NCBI GenBank assembly: GCA_963708135.1
Contig: OY970192.1
Location: forward strand, 1,792,001 to 1,856,000
DNA length: 64,000 nt
Direction: 5' to 3'
From: an uncultured Gemmatimonadales bacterium
GTDB lineage: Bacteria; Gemmatimonadota; Gemmatimonadetes; Longimicrobiales; RSA9
This document shows positions 60,707 through 64,000 of this stretch, piece by piece. Each line of letters starts with the position of its first letter. The first letter of the stretch is position 1. Both the position numbers and the translations under genes were made by a program. The notes under the pieces are model-generated. The model ran no database searches and was not told where the DNA came from. It was given only the letters and a program-made list of their open reading frames with translations.

Positions 60707-62203
60707 TCGTGGGCGGGCCAGCGGAGGGCCGCAGCGGGAGAGCCGGCCCCCCGCTCCCCCCTGCCGGGCACCGGTGCCGGTCGGTCGCCGGTCCGCCGCG
60801 GCGATCCAGCTGCCGCGCCAGCTGCGGGTTGGGCAATCCGGACGTGCCGTCGATCCTCGCCGGCAGCTCCTTGACGGGCCGTCCGAGCAGCCGATAGCCG
60901 CCGTAGAAATCGTTCGTGTACACCGTCCGCGGCCAGGGGCGGGAGCGGATGCGCGCGGCCTCCACGCGCCACGCGCGCGCCGCGTACCCCCGACCCTCCC
61001 GATGGGTCGCGAGCGCCTCGCGCGCGCCGGCCGCCGCGCGCAGGCCGAAGAGGGCGACACACGCGCCCAGCGCCAGCGCGAGACCCGGCAGCGGCGGCGT
61101 TCCGCGGACGCCGCCCATCCGGCGGCGGCGACCCCGACGAGCAGGTACAGCCCCGGCAGCAGCGGCGAGAGAAGGCGCGCATCCATCGGCGTGGCTGCGT
61201 CCACCACCGAGATGGATACCACCAGGAAGAGCAGGTACGCTGCCCCGAACGCGGTCCAGATCGCCAGCTCACCCCGGTCGCAGGAGCGCCAGCGGCGGCG
61301 CACGCCCACGATCAGCCATGCGGCCACGAGGGCGCAGACGGCGGCCATGAGCAGGTGCGGGGACGGATCGGGGACGAGCCAGAACGCCACGGTGCGCATC
61401 CCTTCCAGCACCTGCGTCGCGCCCAGCGGATGCCACGCCAGCGTCCGGTTCGTGGCGCTGCCGCCCGCCAGCCGATTCCGCGCGAGCCAGAGCGCGAGCG
61501 GGAGCGCGCTCACCACCGTCCAGGTGAGCGCCTCGCCCAGGCGCCGTCGCCACGGCCACCCCGGCCGCAGCAGCAGGACCGCTCCCCCGACGCCGATCAC
61601 GACCACGCCCGCGTACCTGAGCAGCACGCCCGCCGCCGCGAAGGCCGCGCCTGCAAGCAATGCCTTGCGATTGCCGTTCGCGGCTAGCCGCAGGAAGTAC
61701 AGGGCCCACACCAGCACCAGCAACGCGGGCACATCCGTCCAGGCGCGTGTGCTGAGCGCGAGCGCCGGACCGCCGAACGCGAGCAACCCGGCTGAGATCA
61801 GCCCCGCCAGCCGTGAGCGGGCCGTGCGCAGCGCCACCCACCCAACGGACCCCACCAGGGCCGCGAACGCCACGATCGCCAGGCAGCGCGCGCCTGCCTC
61901 CACCGGCAGGCTCAGCATCAGCAAGGCGGCGAGCAGGGACGAATAGAGCGGCGGGAAGTGCGTCACCGGCGCAGGAACACCGTTCGGCGCGATCGCGATG
62001 AAGCCGTTACCGCCAGCGAGGTGCCTGGCAGCGTCGAGATAGATGATGCTGTCGGGCGTGAGGCCGATCCCGGAGGACGTCACGAATAGCGCGGCCAGCG
62101 CGGCCAGAATCACAAGCGCGAACAACGCGGCGTAGTAACTCCGGTCGGCGCGTGCCGCGGCGACGTGATCGCCCCCCGGATGAGGGGGGGACAGGGTAGG
62201 CAC
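60678..62203 (-). pseudogene. GT-C/PMT-like membrane glycosyltransferase, frameshift near 61100
   Basis: TPDSIIYL, HFPPLYS, many TM helices and DARLLSP; the tail continues in another frame. Confidence 0.7.
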
Positions 62204-62469
62204 GATGTCCTCGGGGCAGGGCTGGATCGCGCACGGCCGTAAAGCCGAGTACGAAGAGGTCCGGGCGTGTGCCGTCCGGGTCCTTAGCAATTTCGCGCTA
62301 CCGGCTTCGCACCGTCAACGGTTCAGTGGATGGAAGGCCCGCCGACAAGGCCATGGCATGCCGCTCCCCGGAGCCTGCGGCACCACCGTCCCCGCCACAC
62401 GGCCGTCCTCGAGGATCCGGACGCAGAACCCACAAGACGGGGACGCGGGTGAGACGGAGTCGAGCGCCG

Positions 62470-62509
62470 GAAAACGAACGCGCCCGGCGATCCGAAGATC
62501 ACCGGGCGC
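62470..62509 (-). terminator. Terminator downstream of ssrA
   Basis: On the minus strand: gcgcccggtgatc-ttcg-gatcgccgggcgc followed by gttcgtttt. Confidence 0.75.
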
Positions 62510-62514
62510 TTCAA

Positions 62515-62879
62515 TGGAGCCGGCGGGAGTCGAACCCGCGTCCGCGAATCGATCCCTCAGTGCATCTACGTGCGTAGTCCACCGTTCTCAGTTTCTCGCT
62601 CCCTCATCGGCCGGTGGACGGCCCCGTCGGGAACCAGCCTCGCTGTGTCTCATCCGGCCGCGGCAAGGCGGCACGACCGGACCAGCCCGATTTGTCGATG
62701 CCTCTGGTCACGCCTCGGGCCCGGCCCGTCCAGAGACAGGTTGCGAAAGGTCAGACCTTACGCAGCCAGCGCCATGTTTGAGTTGGCACTTGTGATGTTT
62801 TCCCGCTGGTTTTACGAGGGCACGGGTCCTCGGCACGCGACACCGACTTCACGAAACACGTCGAAACCAGGTCGGCCCC
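62515..62879 (-). ncRNA. ssrA: tmRNA
   Basis: 5' GGGGCCGACCTGGTTTCGAC, 3' GGTTCGACTCCCGCCGGCTCCA, about 365 nt; tag ORF ANSNMALAA* at 62758-62787. Confidence 0.97.
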
Positions 62880-62914
62880 TACACCCGATATTCTAGCGGA
62901 ATTCGCCCCCCGCG

Positions 62915-64000
62915 TCAACCTCGAGCGGTCCCTGCGACGCTGACCCTGTTGCGGCCGGATCTCTTTGACTCGTAAAGCATTGCGTCCGCGCTCTGGACCA
63001 GGTCGGCGGGGCCGGGGACGGACTCCGGGCACGCCGAAACACCGAAGGATGCGCTCACCGGCACCCTCCTGCCCGACCATGCCACCTCCATCCGCTCGAT
63101 CCGCACCCGCAGCCGCTCCGCGAGCTCCCTCGCGGCCTCGGCGCCCGTCTCCGGCAGCAGCACGACGAACTCCTCGCCGCCGAAACGGGCGGCGTGGTCC
63201 GTCTCGCGCAGCGAATCGGAGAGCACGCCGGCGAGCGCGCGCAGCACGGCGTCGCCTGCTTCGTGGCCGTGCGTGTCGTTGACGCGCTTGAAGTGGTCGA
63301 TGTCCAGCATGAGCAGCGCGAGCGGCCGCTCGTAGCGGTCGAACCGGGCCGCCTCCTGCGCCAGCCGGGTCTCGAACGCGCGCCGGTTGTAGAGGCCGGT
63401 GAGGGCGTCGCGGCGCACGTCCTCCTGGAGCGCGCCGAACGCTTCCGCGTGCCGGAGCTGGAGCGCCGCGTAGGGGGCCACGGCCTCCACCGCCGCCACT
63501 GCCTCCGGCTCCAGCCGCTGCGCGACCGTCGTCCACACCGCGATCACACCGATCACGTTCTCGCCGCCCTCGACCAGCGGGATGGCCGCCGCGGCGCGCG
63601 GCTCGACCTTCCACCGCTCGCCCGGGGCGCCGATCGGGAGGCGATGCGGCGCGTCGCGGCGCCGCTCGCGCCGGATCGGCGCCTTCTGGTGTGCCGCGAC
63701 CCCGGTCTCCGACTCCTGCGCGCCGAAGGTGGCGCCCGCCTTCGGCCCGCCATCCTCGCCGACCACCGCCAGGATCCGGCCGTGCTCTCCGTGCCAGGCG
63801 CAGACCGCCGCGCCCGTGGCGTCCGCGAGCGTGCGGGCGGATTCGGCCAGCTCGCCCGCGAACGCGCCGAGCTGGATCTCCTGCGGCAGGCGCCGCAGCA
63901 CCTGGACGATCTCCCTCGAGCGTAGCCGCCCCGCATCCGCGGCCCGGTCGCGCAACTCCGCGCGCGTGAAGGCGCGGATATACCTGCCCCAGCGCTCCAG
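62915..64000 (-). CDS. GAF-GGDEF diguanylate cyclase (starts beyond the window)
   Basis: DALTGLYNRR, DIDHFKRVND.HGH and RFGGEEF motifs. Confidence 0.92.
   Translation of the reverse strand: MERWGRYIRAFTRAELRDRAADAGRLRSREIVQVLRRLPQEIQLGAFAGELAESARTLADATGAAVCAWHGEHGRILAVVGEDGGPKAGATFGAQESETGVAAHQKAPIRRERRRDAPHRLPIGAPGERWKVEPRAAAAIPLVEGGENVIGVIAVWTTVAQRLEPEAVAAVEAVAPYAALQLRHAEAFGALQEDVRRDALTGLYNRRAFETRLAQEAARFDRYERPLALLMLDIDHFKRVNDTHGHEAGDAVLRALAGVLSDSLRETDHAARFGGEEFVVLLPETGAEAARELAERLRVRIERMEVAWSGRRVPVSASFGVSACPESVPGPADLVQSADAMLYESKRSGRNRVSVAGTARG

Overview
High-GC bacterial DNA, probably Gemmatimonadota (inferred from the tmRNA tag ANSNMALAA, several Ser/Thr kinase-TPR/TolB genes and an ADOP-type permease). 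The right end holds a GAF-GGDEF gene and an intact tmRNA (ssrA, 62515-62879, minus strand). The roughly 62 kb downstream of ssrA is an accessory mosaic. Its backbone is a co-oriented array of five ISCR/IS91-like rolling-circle elements (four full, one partial) plus a sixth orphan oriIS end. Each oriIS is fused to a different cargo. Three copies carry a 25-bp duplicate of the tmRNA 3' end on their terIS side, and one junction records a circle-and-reinsert event. Cargo and neighbouring DNA include AT-rich integron cassettes with an attC site but no integrase, a 5'-truncated ribosomal protein L25 gene of foreign, Patescibacteria-like character, a duplicated subtilisin/lipoprotein unit, TA modules and many abruptly joined gene fragments. 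Nested in this are IS1634, IS256, two IS4, IS1182, two IS21, two IS1380 and a MITE, most with clean target-site duplications, which argues the mosaic exists in vivo. Best candidate for a new system: a tmRNA-anchored, Helitron-like ISCR gene-capture and accretion locus. All family assignments come from motif recognition by eye; no database searches were run.
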